The position numbers and the translations under genes were made by a program. DNA of 64,000 nucleotides. It comes from Octopus vulgaris (Eukaryota). The notes below the pieces were generated by a model. The model saw only the letters and a program-made list of their open reading frames with translations, searched no databases and was not told the DNA's origin. This document shows, piece after piece, positions 51,434 through 64,000 of this stretch. Location: contig OX597814.1 of the NCBI GenBank assembly GCA_951406725.2, positions 86,552,001 through 86,616,000 of the forward strand, in the 5' to 3' direction. Position 1 is the stretch's first letter, and each line of letters begins with the position of its first letter.

Positions 51434-52899
51434 TTAAGTAACTATGTAAAGGCTCCCATAATGTCGAGTTGTTCAGAGTAAAAATAGAAGTAAAACAGAT
51501 TGAAGTCAATGATACTTATACACAGACACACATATAATGATATTGACTAATTGATTATTGAATGTGATCATTACTGGAAATTGTATGACACACATTGCAA
51601 TCCACAAAGATACTATTTAAAAAATATGTGAAAATATGATGTGGTTTGGAAATCAAAGTCATGGTGAGACATAATACTATAATAGAAAATGAATAGCTGG
51701 AACATGTGATAACTACAAGATTGGACTAAACATAACCATTGAAACAATGAAATTATTATGGATAAAGAACAAGCCTCTCGGAGTGCAATGACTGTCAAAA
51801 AATTATCAGACAAAGTTTGTAGCCAGAGGCTGTGAAATCACAAATAATCTCACCAGGAAGAAATTCTGCAATAATCAATGGAAAAGGTGTGATCATTAGA
51901 TAAACTCATTTTAGCAAGTTTGGAGTTAATTGGTTCTCCATTAAACACAGCCTAAGATTAAAAGTGCTTTCTTCACATTGGAAATAAATAATGTAGGAGG
52001 ACAATCTCAGTTGTTGGATCAATAAAAAACAACATTTAAAAAAGAAACAAGAGATGAACAGAAACATGTAGGATATCAAATAATTAGGTATAAAATCAGA
52101 CCACAGAAAACTGAAGTGGGAATCAGGAATATCTTTAAAAAATGTGTGTGTGTGTGTGTGTATTTATGACACATAAGGCAAGAATCTTTTCTATAACTTT
52201 GGTGGACTTTGCTTTATGAAGACATCTGTCAAACAGAAACTGGGCAGAAACATGTACACACACACACGTGTGTGTGTTAGTTTGAGTATAATGATTGCAG
52301 AGGCACAGTCATGTAATTAAGAAGTTTATTTCACAACCATATGCTTTTGGGTTTAATCTTACTGCATGTCATTTTGGGCAAGTATCTAATAAAGCCTTGT
52401 GTTGGCCCATATGAAGGAAATATGTACAGATAAAAATCATGTGGAAAGCCCTCAATAGGACTGTGTTTATATCTAAAAGGCTCAGCTTTGATATACATTG
52501 TCACCCTGATGCTACTGAGAAGGGTACATGTGTCTCTGAAATATGCAGCCAGTATAATTTAATGAGTAGGTAATTCAGTAGATTAAAGAACTTGAAAAGT
52601 CATTAAGATTTGATGGAAAATCCAGTAACATTTACTGGTGTTGAGGTGCATCCATATATCAAGAAGTAATTTAGTCATTTTACAAACAGCACTCAATGAA
52701 AAAAGCACTGGTGGCAATTTTTGTGACTAAAACTCTTGAAGATTCAGAATGTATTTAAAATTATCTGATATTTATGGCACTCCTCTGTACAACTCAGTGT
52801 AGGAGCTGAGTTTATTGTAAATTCCACTCATAATTTTTATACTGCATTCATGATTAAGGTTATCAGTAAAAACTTGCAGACCTTCCTTTATAATGCCAA

Positions 52900-53900
52900 C
52901 CCTTTAACATATTCTTTGCAAGTGGAGGTAATGGAATTTCCATTCCACATCTGCATTTTCAGTTGTATTCTAACAGTATCAGCTCCTCATTAGATAAAAA
53001 TTCTCTATGACACAAGCAGTTCAACCCCATCAATCTCTATGACTCCTTCAAACCTTACATCATTTGTGAGTATTACAAAAGCTTTCCACTATTGATGTGG
53101 AAAACTTGTAAAGTTACAGACACAATCCAGTCATATATTTTTCCAAGTAGCATTCATAGTTGAGGAATTCACTTTATCCCATGATACAACTATGTTATCC
53201 ACAGCATCTATCATGTAAAATTTCTTCCAGAAGTTTCTCCCTGTAGGTTTATCTTCCCTATCAATTGCTTTCAGAAGTTGTTTGTAAGTTTTTCTCAGAT
53301 AATATGCCTAGAAATCAGCTACCACACTTTGATCCATTGGCTGGATCAAAGAAGTTGTATTTTGGGGGAAATATTCTACTCTTACATTAACAGAAAGCTC
53401 ATTTAAAGTTCACTGAGTTGCTTAATGCATTGTATAAATTGAGCAATGCTTTGTTGGAAATATGTTTGGCATTGGGTTTTTTTTTACAGCAGGACAAAAA
53501 TTACTCTTTGGAAAGGCTCTTAGTAATCCATCAGATGATTTTGGGAATTTTGGAATTCTGATGAGGACTTTTCTTCTTGGGGAAAATAATAGTAGTTTCA
53601 TCAAGATTATATATTTGCTTTGGTGTGTAACCTCCTCCAGCAATCATGTTCTCAGTATAATTAATAGCAGTCTTTGTATTAGCACTGATAGCTTCATTAA
53701 TCAATTTCAAGTTTTGCAAATTCAAGTGCTTCTTAAACCTTTCAAAACCAGCCTTTATTAATCTGGAAAACATTTTTATTTCTTTCTGAAAATCATCATA
53801 CAAACTTGGCATTTTTTTTTTATTTATCATAGAACACAATGTGTTGAATCTGATCTTTGATCCATACACATCTATGAAAAATAAGGGCCAAGAAGTTAAA
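52900..53900 (-). mobile_element. Tigger/pogo transposase remnant
   Basis: GFERFKK, GGYTPKQIYNLDET, NTTSLIQPMDQ.V...F.AYYLRK; degraded. Confidence 0.85.
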
Positions 53901-55727
53901 TTAATTTCTTAAGCACTTGATTTAATATTCTCCCTATTGTCATGTATTGTTCCCACATTACAAGCTTTAATGTTTTGGCAATGTGGTTTTGAACTAAGTA
54001 GAAAGAGAAAACCAGGGAAGACAGAAAAAAAGCAGTGAAGGTTGCTCTGAAGATGCTGAATATTACAAAAGAAATGATAAGGCACAGTAACGAATAACAG
54101 TATGTATTAGAGCAGGTTTATCTAACTCATGCAAGCATAATGGTGATAAATGTATACATGCATAACTTGTTTTGTTTCCTCTGTGAATTTAACAACCAAA
54201 ATCATGGAAAAAAATTGTTGCTCGGTTCTCTCTAGAATTTCTTACTTAACTTTGAATCTCCCCGTAACACTCATTGCTTGCTTTAGCATATACAAAACAA
54301 AGTAAATCAGTCTGTTCACTTTTGCCTTCTATTGTATAATAATTTTGTAATTTCTTAAAGTACATATTTAAAAAAAAATTAATTCAGTTATTATTCCACC
54401 ATGTCATATAAGTGTAAAGCAATATCATTAGATATCAAACTAAAGATTATAAGAGATGCAACATGGAATTTTGTCAGTGAACAGGTCGCAGTCTCAAAGC
54501 AACGCAAATATTTTGCCAAATTAAATTTAAATGTTGAAGTGAATCTAATGGTTTTTGTCTGTTTTTAAATGGCTTATAACCACCTTCCACACTGCAATTG
54601 TTAAAGATTATAAACAGATTGGAAAAGAAGTGTTTGTTGTGACATCACTGTCAAAAAAAACTTAATGAATCAAACATAAAAGTTGCTTGAGGAAAATATT
54701 AGGTGCTTGGGTAGTTGATATGCCACAGTATACTTGTCACCCTACAAAGCCTTACAAAATTTATGTAAGCAGTTGAAACGAAAAGTTGAGTAAATCATTC
54801 AACTATATAATTGTTACTTCTCCAGGATAGTTTGAAAATTCAAGGAACAATTTAATTTTCATAGCATTCGAATGATATGAGAATTGCAAGTATCATGATA
54901 GTCCTCTGAAGCCAAGACAAAACTACCAGTCTTCACTGGCTGTTGTTTTGCATTTTTTGAATAGAAATGCATATTTTTAAATATGTACATAGAGAACCAG
55001 GAAATTCAATCTTGATAGCCTAATAGACTTACTAAAAATAATTGATAGCTTTCATTACCTATGTGAGTTAATCAGCAGTGAGAGAGAGTTGAAGCAAAAG
55101 CATAGAAACCTGAATTATAAAATGGCAGAAAATATTTAGCACAAAGATTTCCATCTGTGTAAGAAGAACAGATTGTATGACGTTTGTGTGAGAAATGAAA
55201 TATTGCACAGTAACAAGACATGGGCACTAAACGCAGATGTGTAAAAGCTGGAAAGGAACAAAATATGCACACAGCATACACTATGGAGAGAAAGAGAGAG
55301 AGACAGACAGAGAATGTGTAATCAGTGTAAAACATCTTTGAAATTGTTTTCAGATAGAGCATCTTTATAATGCTAGGATAAATCAGTAAAGATGCTTATT
55401 GCAATAATCGAGGAGGAATTATTTTTAGGTAAATTTTAAAGATATTCCTTAAGTGACAATTAAGGATTTTGTTCATATCTATACACTACTCTAAAATGAT
55501 GCCAGGAAAGGTATCAAGACCAAGGGCTGCAATACGACAATACAAGAAAGACCAAGGGTGTTATGGCCAGTCTATCAGTGCCATTATGTATTGTACACCA
55601 GCAGAGCATTGATGATTACTACAATAAAAGTCTTCCCAATTAAGCACAAGTTCTCCGCTGTCCGACGAACGGGAACGTGAAACTCTGAGCAACATATTTT
55701 GTTATATTTCTGCTGCTTTTAAATAAA

Positions 55728-55758
<31 letters not shown>

Positions 55759-55759
<1 letters not shown>

Positions 55760-56128
55760 CTCTCTCTATATAAACGGCAGTTTGTCTGTGCGTTTTCTGT
55801 GTGTCTGTTTTCTCGTACCCTCACTCTGGCCACGGCTTTCAACCGATTCTGATGAAACTTGACATACACATAGCCCAATGTCATAATTCAAAACTAACGC
55901 AGCGAAAATTTTGAAAAGTTCCCCCAGTTCTGAAAAAATCGATAAATTCGACATGGGGTCGAGAATCAGAAACCCAAACCACAGACTGTCTAGGGGACGC
56001 AACTCCACCTTTTTTAACTCTCAAAAAATTTACCATCATTTTTTTTCCATTTTTTGGCTATAACTCTCTAAAAATGCTTTATAGTTATTTCCCTTACAAA
56101 CCTGAGCAACGCCGGGCGATACTGCTAG
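55759..56128 (+). mobile_element. Non-autonomous Helitron-like element
   Basis: A|TCTC...TATATA 5' end, subterminal GC-rich hairpin-like segment CCTGAGCAACGCCGGG, and CTAG|T 3' end; CpG-rich. Confidence 0.75.
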
Positions 56129-56183
56129 TATATATATACACACACACACACCAACTTGTACCTGGTTTTAGTATTTCAGGTCG

Positions 56184-56519
56184 CCTCCTTATGAGAGCTC
56201 AAAATCTCTCGTGGAAGCGCCATCCAACCAAAATGCAAATATATGGGAAACTACCACCTGTGTCATCTCTTGTGAAAGGTAGGAGAGTCCAGTTTGCTGG
56301 ACATTGTTGTAGAGCTGAAAAAGAAGTAATTTCTACTCTTCTCCTCTGGAAGCCATCTACTCGCAATACCAGAGGACGCACACTCTCCTACCCTGATGTA
56401 ATCTCCAGGGATACAGGCATCCAGCAACAGGACCTCCGTAATGCTATGATGGACCGTGAGATCTGGCGTAACATAGTAAATTCCATTGTCTCGACCACGG
56501 TCGAACAATGATGATGATG
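56184..56519 (+). mobile_element. Young 5'-truncated LINE (RTE-group) insertion
   Basis: 11-bp TSD ATTTCAGGTCG (56173-56183 and 56520-56530), open frame to a stop at 56511 (RRVQFAGHCCR...DREIWR), (TGA)n tail. Confidence 0.9.
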
Positions 56520-59500
56520 ATTTCAGGTCGAATGTAATGAATTCGCAGAATTGTTAAAGCACTGCATAAAATACCTTACAATATATGCCGTTATGAATTT
56601 TTACTTTACTTTTCATTCTGCCCAGTTCAATTTAACTTATTACTCCCATGCAACTTATACCTTGTGCCTATGCTCGAAACAAATAGTATTATTTTGGCAG
56701 AATCGTTAGAGCGTCGGAGAAGCGGGGTGTCTTGCGGTATTTGTTCTGGCTCATTACATTCTGAGTTCAAATCATACCAAGGTCAACTTTGCCTGTCATT
56801 TCACCGGGATCGATAAAATTAAAATACATATCCAAGTAATGGGGTCGAAGGTATCGACTAACTCCTCCCTTCAAAAGTTACAGAAACCATTAATATTATT
56901 ACTTAAAATTTCTGAAGCCAATTGATGTTTAATATAAAATGATCGAAGCCAAACAACGTAAACCGAGTTAGTTTAATACCCACAAAGACAGATGCAGGAC
57001 ATATTATATATATACTCCAAGTGCGAACAGTAAAACAATCGAAAGGAAAATTAAAGATTTCTCTAGATCAGGTTAGTTTCAATTTTATAAAAAGGAAATC
57101 GAATGTTGTAATAGACAAATCTTTATCCAGGCGCATCTGTTAACGTTTAAATAACAATATCAATATTTTCTGCTGCAACTTAAGGTTAGATAAAATATTC
57201 TGTAATTGCTGTTTTAAAACACAATATCGACTGTCAGGAAACAAACAGCAGGCAAAAATAAAAGTAAACAGTATGATAACTGTGGTAGCAGGGACCTAAA
57301 GAATATGTCCAGCGGACAAATGTGACGTGTTGGTAAGACAGGACATAATCATCAATGACGTAGTGAAGAGATGTTAAATATAATCGTGATAGTAAAGGGA
57401 CAATGTCGTCACAACGTCGCAGAAGCGAGACATGGTGTTATGACAAGTCTAATTGTTACGTAGATAAATAAAACACGAGAAAACGTAATAGCCGGTATTG
57501 CTTTCAATCTATTTGATAACAGTAAATAAATAAAACACTAAGCAACTCTATCCTCTCGTATCAGTAAAAAAAAAAAAAAATTTAAACTGCCAATTTCAGT
57601 TTGCTGTATTCCACGAAATACTACAGTTAAGATTGGTACCTATCCCCTTATTCTATAGCATCAACCTAAACAAGACACTAGTAAATAGCAGGTAACATTC
57701 TACTTCGTATGTGAATTCAACATAAGTTTAACCGTCTTATACAAATATAATTACACCGACACTTGAAGAGGTGATCCATGTTATAAAAATAAATAATTTT
57801 ATTACAAACAACCAATAACAATTATCGTGCATCTAAAACCTGGGTTTGGATGGATCTGTTAATTAATAGTGGGTAGTTTATCGGACAAGACCACTCCGTA
57901 CAGGAAGATGTACTTATGCATCAGACAAGCGATGTATGGATGGAACTCTTTAAAAGGTACGCGAAAGGTTACTTCTAAATTAATTAGGAAATTTTTCTAT
58001 CACTGTGAATTTTACATACCAATGTATTTTAAACACCTTTTAACTCATTTAATATTATTATAATCTTGAAATAGAAAAGTACTTAACATATGTTAAATCT
58101 GAAAATTAAAAAAAAAAACGAAAGAGAGCGAGAGAGAAAACTCGACATATAAATAAAACTTTCAAATTGTTTATAAAGCTTTCACTTTTAAAAAAATGAT
58201 CTATCCTTTATGCAATATAAAAGGCAGATTCATTTAACTTTTATTGTGGAAAATTCAAATTCCTTGATCTAAAACTATACTCCCGGATCTACACATTACA
58301 ACAAAAAATTTTGCTGGTTGTAAGAAAATGTTTGAACTGTATTTGTATCTTGTAGTATTAGTTCACAGTGAAGTGTAACAGTTTATCAGGCGATAGCATC
58401 AAATTAGATCATTAGTTTTCATTTTTAGACTGTAGCTCTTGTTTTACATGCAGCAAAGAAGGGCCTAAAAAGTCACGGTCCTCTATCTTGTACACTCAGG
58501 TTTGACACATATGCCCATCATATGAATGTAGCTACTCCTTTCCAGCTCAGAGTTGAGCGAGTGGTTGGCAACATTATGCACATTAGGTTATAAAAACCCG
58601 GACATAATTTAGATGGTGATCATGCATATCCAGGTAGCAAATCATGGTAAGTGGATATACAGAACCAGACATTTTAGAATATGACGGAGTTAAGGACCGA
58701 ATGCGAAATTTTATTTTCGGCCATGCTGATTACAAATGAGCACAAATAATTTTTCAATTTTATCATTTTTATTAACATAAAAACTACTGATTACGATTAA
58801 GGATTTACAACTGCTTTCTAGACAATGGCATTTAGGGAACTAGTCGAACACAGCTTCGAATTAGGAGCAGGTTTGCAGTAGGGAAACTATGTATCACCTG
58901 CCTTTGATGCTGTCATGACATTTCAATCGGCCCGTTAAATGATAATTTTGAAAATTTCAGACAAAAGTAAAATTCCAAAACAAACAATAGGTGCAGGCAG
59001 AGCGGTGTAGTTAAAAATCACACAATTTCGGGTTCAGTCTCATTAGGCGGCACCGTGGGCAAGTGTCCTTGCAGTGGATTTGGTACACGGAAACTGTGTA
59101 TCTCTTTGTCCATTTCAAACCGCTTTACAATAGGTGTTGGTTTGTTTACACCCTCGAAACGTAGCGGTTCAGCAAAAGAGACGCATAGAATAAGTACCCA
59201 ACTTTAAAAATAAGTATTGGAGTCAATTTATTTGACTAAAAACCCTTTAAAGCAGTGCTCCTGCATGGCCGCAAACCAATGACTGAAACAAGTGAAAGAA
59301 AGAATATTTGCTACAAAACTAGTGAGCAGACAGCTTTTGGAGTAAGCATAACACTTTCATTTTGCGTTACTCTTAAAAGCCTTTGCCAATTCGACTGTCC
59401 AAAAGTCGGTACGTCTACCGCAATTCGACATTTCTTTCGTGATACATGCATTCATTATTATATTATGTGAACATTCATTAGTTTGCCATCAGCAGTTTAA

Positions 59501-60960
59501 CTGATACATACTTTTCAGAGTTACCTCCCGTCGTTTTTTAATTTTTTTTATTATAAATTCGAATTAGAACCTTCAATACAACCATAGGATCAAACGAAGG
59601 GATTTATGAGGTCATTGAACCTTTAGATATGGTCCTCATATCACATCCTACTGTTTAAAAAAAAAGTCACTCGTATTGACTGGGATGCCGTTGATAACAA
59701 GCCTATTTAATCAGATCGACTGGGGGGGGGGGACGACAACACAAACATACAATGCTGAAAATCTTGGGTTTAAATATTGAATAACGAAAGAAGTCTAGCT
59801 CTACTTACATTAGTCTTTAAATTATCAGTTTAAAGTCGAGATTGAATGACTGTATACATCAGGTAAGCGTAATCAAGCGGAGTTTCTGAATAAACAACCG
59901 CCCCCATTCGTAACTTTCCCCCATAATTATATCTGCCTTAATTGAATAGGGAGATCGAAGAGAAATATGAAAAATCATTTGAATTTGGGTATGTCGTTAT
60001 TCACATTATTATCGCACTCTTGTAGCACCAAGTGCAAGAGCAGTGCAACGACAAAACACTCAAATTTATAAAGCCATACATAAATGGATCACTTTCGAAG
60101 GTGTGTGGATGGATACACACACGGGTGTTGCTAAGTAAATAACAATTATATTATCCCACTTAAGTAAATATTAAATTATTAAAGCTCTAAACTTATGTCT
60201 CAAGCACAGACATCAGACGTGAAATGTGGAGGGAAAGAATTAATCAATAACCAATCCGTCCCAGTACCCCCACCGGTACTTTATTTCATCGACAGCCGAA
60301 ATGAAAAGCAAATTTTGCTCCGTGTAAATTATTTAACCTATAAACGAGAATATAACATCATTGAACATTATCTCATAACTTAAATCGTTTATAAATTAGT
60401 CGGTATCAAAGACAGGTGAAGACAACTTCATAGCCTCAACTATGAATGAATGTACGGCAACTTTCATGGATTTGCTTTCTGATATTTTAACAAAACAATA
60501 AGATACAGGCAAAATAATGATGTTTTAATATAAAACAAGTGGAGTACATATACACACGTTATGTAACAATTCGGTCTCAATGTTGATTCTTTTTCTGTAC
60601 TTTTCAACCTTTAACATCGTTGAAAGGTGCTTTATTTCATAGAGAATTTCCTAATGTTCATAACTGATTAACCGTTACAGACCATTTTTTCTATCTCCGT
60701 GAAAACCAGAAAGAAAACTACTTACTACGTTAAGCAAATGACAACTCAATCGAAACAGTTAAACATCTTGACATTCTAATAATTTTTGTGGCTAAGATTT
60801 TGAGGTATCAAAAAAAAATTTAAATAATGTTCATATATTCAAACGTAAGGAGTTAATCAGATGAATGTTAAAGTAAGATGTAAAATAAAAGGAGAGATAC
60901 AGGCAGAAAGAGAGAGAAACAGAATAGAAACCTAATGTCAATATATGAAATTGCACTTAC

Positions 60961-61297
60961 TTGTTTGCTAAGTCTCACGTGTTAATGTAACTTATCCTTG
61001 TCCCCATGACAGATACAGCTTGAAGATGTCAATTAGCGCGTTGCTTATTACAAATGGGTCCCGTTTATAGATGCACTGTACTACCTAATGATTTCAACAT
61101 GCAGCTATGGTTACAAACAACATCGGACTCGATATAACGAGAAAGTTGTGTCAAAAGAGCGGACGCCATTACAATCGACATCAACTCTCGCGTGAAGCTA
61201 TACCTATCATGTGATATATACGAGACTAAGGGCCGACTACAAAATAACGTGCAAAGTGGATAGAATCTCCAAAAGACTCCAAATATTTCATGTAAGT
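60961..61297. promoter_or_regulatory. Candidate CpG-rich promoter and first exon(s)
   Basis: Minus-strand donor gtaagt at 60960-60955 and plus-strand donor gtaagt at 61292-61297. Between them lie a YY1-like AATGGCG (about 61164-61170, minus), TCTCGCG (about 61186) and GACTACA (about 61235), with high CpG density. Confidence 0.45.
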
Positions 61298-62018
61298 ATG
61301 TGTTGCCAAAATTTCACCATACTTTAATAGAGGTATTGGCAACCTTTTTTTCGTGAAGAGGGCCGCACTACTAAGCAAAAATTCAAGGTAATTTTTCGTT
61401 GGCGTGCCATTCAGAAAGTTCTACAAGCTGTAGTTTGTTCGTAAAATACCTTAATATAACACGGACACAGTTTTATGTTAAGTGGTGATTTATTATTATT
61501 ATTTTTGTTAATGTTTTGAAATGTATCCTAGCATATTTTCCTTTTTAAGGATATATGATAATGTTACGAATTATACTAGAATAAATATTGCATTGTAGAG
61601 TTAATATTAAAGGTACTTTAACTGAAATTGTATTAACATTTCCTGAATGAGAAAATATTGACGTTATTAAATGTTGAAAACTCCTCTTAACCTTTTTGCG
61701 AACTAAAGAAATATCAGACCTGGTTCTCAAATGGATGACTTGGAAAACCCAGGTGCTGTAAGCATCTAATGGGTTTGTGTATCTGTGAAGCTAAGTTATA
61801 CGAGTTGCGTTTTTATTTCCCCCAAAGGATGCTAGTTCTCTTCTAATGCCATCTGAAATAAGAATGAGCGTTACTACTAAACTTTCCCATGTTCCATAAA
61901 TCTAAAGCTTAGTTTCTCTAACTTAATTTCACTTTCTCTTTGGAACATTCACTGCAAAGCAAATACTTAAAGCATATGCATTACTGTTTCCCCCCACCCC
62001 TTTTTTTTAAATTCACGT

Positions 62019-62683
62019 ATAGGCGCTTCTTTAGAAGCGCACCTCTCCAAGAAATTGACGCTTACTTGTCAAAAAAGTTACGAAAATGAGAAATATATCC
62101 AAAATAGATGAAGTACGCAAAAAATTAGGAAGATTAATCTATTTTTAAATATTTTATACTTAAAAATAAAATACGGAAACGGCCTCTCGCGAATGTAAAC
62201 AAGCATGTCAAACGATAACTTACTTTTTTATCAGTCAGATATTAATAATACAATCGTCTGCGAATTGTAAGAAGACCGTTTCACAATCTTTTTCTTGAAA
62301 GTTAGTTTGTAACTAATAAATACTATTATGCCAAATTTTGGGCCTGAACGGGAAATATCACATAAAATGGGCGAAGGTAAAGCGAGTGCACATCACCTAA
62401 CCCTAACCTGTGTGCGCAGTAAAAAAATCTGATTAAAAACTATCAAGAATTATTGTCCGGGACCCTCGTATCAATAATATCTTTGACATATTTGTTTATA
62501 TTTCGCGAGTGCCCTTTTTCCGTATTTTATTTTTTAGTATAAAATATTTAAAAATAGATGAATCTTCCTAATTTTTTGCATACTTCATTTATTTTGGATA
62601 TATTCCCCATTTTCATAATTTTTTTTTTTTTAGAAATTAGACGTCATTTTCTTGGAGAGGTGCGCTTCTAAAGAAGCACCCAT
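62019..62683. mobile_element. Long-TIR foldback/MITE element, unclassified
   Basis: About 200-bp arms (62019-62220 and 62475-62683) are imperfect reverse complements. Spacer contains CCTAACCCTAACC. TSD not resolved. Confidence 0.82.
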
Positions 62684-64000
62684 GTTTATAAAACAAAAAA
62701 ACCTGAAAGCACTCTTTTTCTCTTCACAACTGAAACGAACTTCATGTTTATGGCACTAACACCCTTAAAAACGAAACGTTTTCTCCTCCTTTTCGGACCA
62801 CTATCGCAGATTGCTGCCATATTTTATCCGATATCACCCAAAAGAATTTTTTAAACTTTAGGGTGTTTGGAAACGATTGATATTCTAACACAGCAAATCG
62901 AGGATTTTACTCTGGGTGGCCTAGTTACTGCTTAAAGATGGTCAAGAGAGAATTAGCAAACGTTGTTTGGTTTCAGGTCAGCTCTCCTCAAGTAGATTAT
63001 GATCAATGACGTTCCAGCCGTGACACTTCCACACACTCCCCTTTTTTTTCCAGATCATACATCTAGGACTATATCATCCGATGTAAGACGATAGGATGTG
63101 TTTGAAGGAGATTTTTAGGTTCTAATTCTTGCAGAACCAGCAACTATGTAAAGCAGAGGTTGCCAACTATTTGTGGACCACTGATTTACTGAATATTTTC
63201 ATGGATCACTTGAGCATAAAAGTCGATGAAATTAAATTAAAAAGTTAACCAGTCCAACTGAGCATGAAATTATGCAACATACTGGAAAGCAATTAAAATA
63301 AGCAAATGCATGTACACATGACAAATCCTAATATTAATCCAGAGACCACTTACTAAGAATTACATTACTGACGCAGAATCTCTTTTGTTGTCTCTTAGCC
63401 CTTTGCCTACCAGTGTATTACGTGTGATACACTGGGCATATTTCCCAGGCATCCCTATATCTTACATGGTACACATTCCCAATTTTTTCACACACACCAT
63501 AACTTGGGACTTTTGAATGGAAAGCTTTATATCATTCAGAGCATGAAATAAGTGCTAACTAAAAGAAAGTCTGCAAACAAGCATTGATTTTTAGGACAAA
63601 TTTATGAAAACGTTTGAGGTAGGAAAAGGGTTAAGCAGATGTTATTGTCAGGAATCTGTTGCAAGTAAATTCATGGACTCAGTGTTTGGCAAATCAACAA
63701 TGCTAATAATAATAGTGGTTTCTAACTTTAGCACAAGGCTATACATGAAAAAAAAAATTGTTTTAATCGGCTCTATTACATGAGTTTTAATTTGATGGCC
63801 TCTGGAGTGTTGGAAGGAAAAGTCAACATTAGCTGGAATGTAAAGAATGTACAACAATAAACTAACAAGGTAGACTAACAAATTTCTTTTACTTGTTTCA
63901 GTCATTAGACTGTGGCCATGTTGGGACACTACCTTGAAGAATTTTTAGTCCAATGAATTGGCTCCATAAGCCTGATATTTTATGGGTTTTTTTTTTTACT

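Noticed and set aside
62396-62408. Interstitial telomere
   Set aside because: Only about two CCCTAA units, located inside a transposon-like element.

Overview
AT-rich, repeat-dense eukaryotic DNA. The SINE, RTE and microsatellite repertoire looks like an octopus (coleoid cephalopod) genome, which is an inference. One host gene can be reconstructed: a minus-strand TMEM248 (C7orf42) orthologue with 7 coding exons between 20287 and 10787 (933 nt, 310 aa, all GT-AG, phases consistent). Its 5' end probably lies about 40 kb upstream in a CpG-retaining, possibly bidirectional promoter near 61 kb. The rest is transposon-derived: RTE, R4/Dong, CR1-group and Penelope-like retroelement remnants, tRNA-derived SINEs, a 1,000-bp solo LTR, mariner/Tc1, Tigger/pogo, piggyBac and hAT elements with MITEs, and Helitron-like elements. 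The most unusual items are a highly self-complementary 361-nt unit with 82-nt terminal redundancy (1242-1684), degenerate hammerhead-like motifs in small repeats, a sharp CpG-decay boundary at about 56.5 kb and a long-TIR foldback element beside the candidate promoter. No CRISPR arrays or rRNA and no convincing tRNA genes were found. Repeat boundaries without a stated TSD are approximate.
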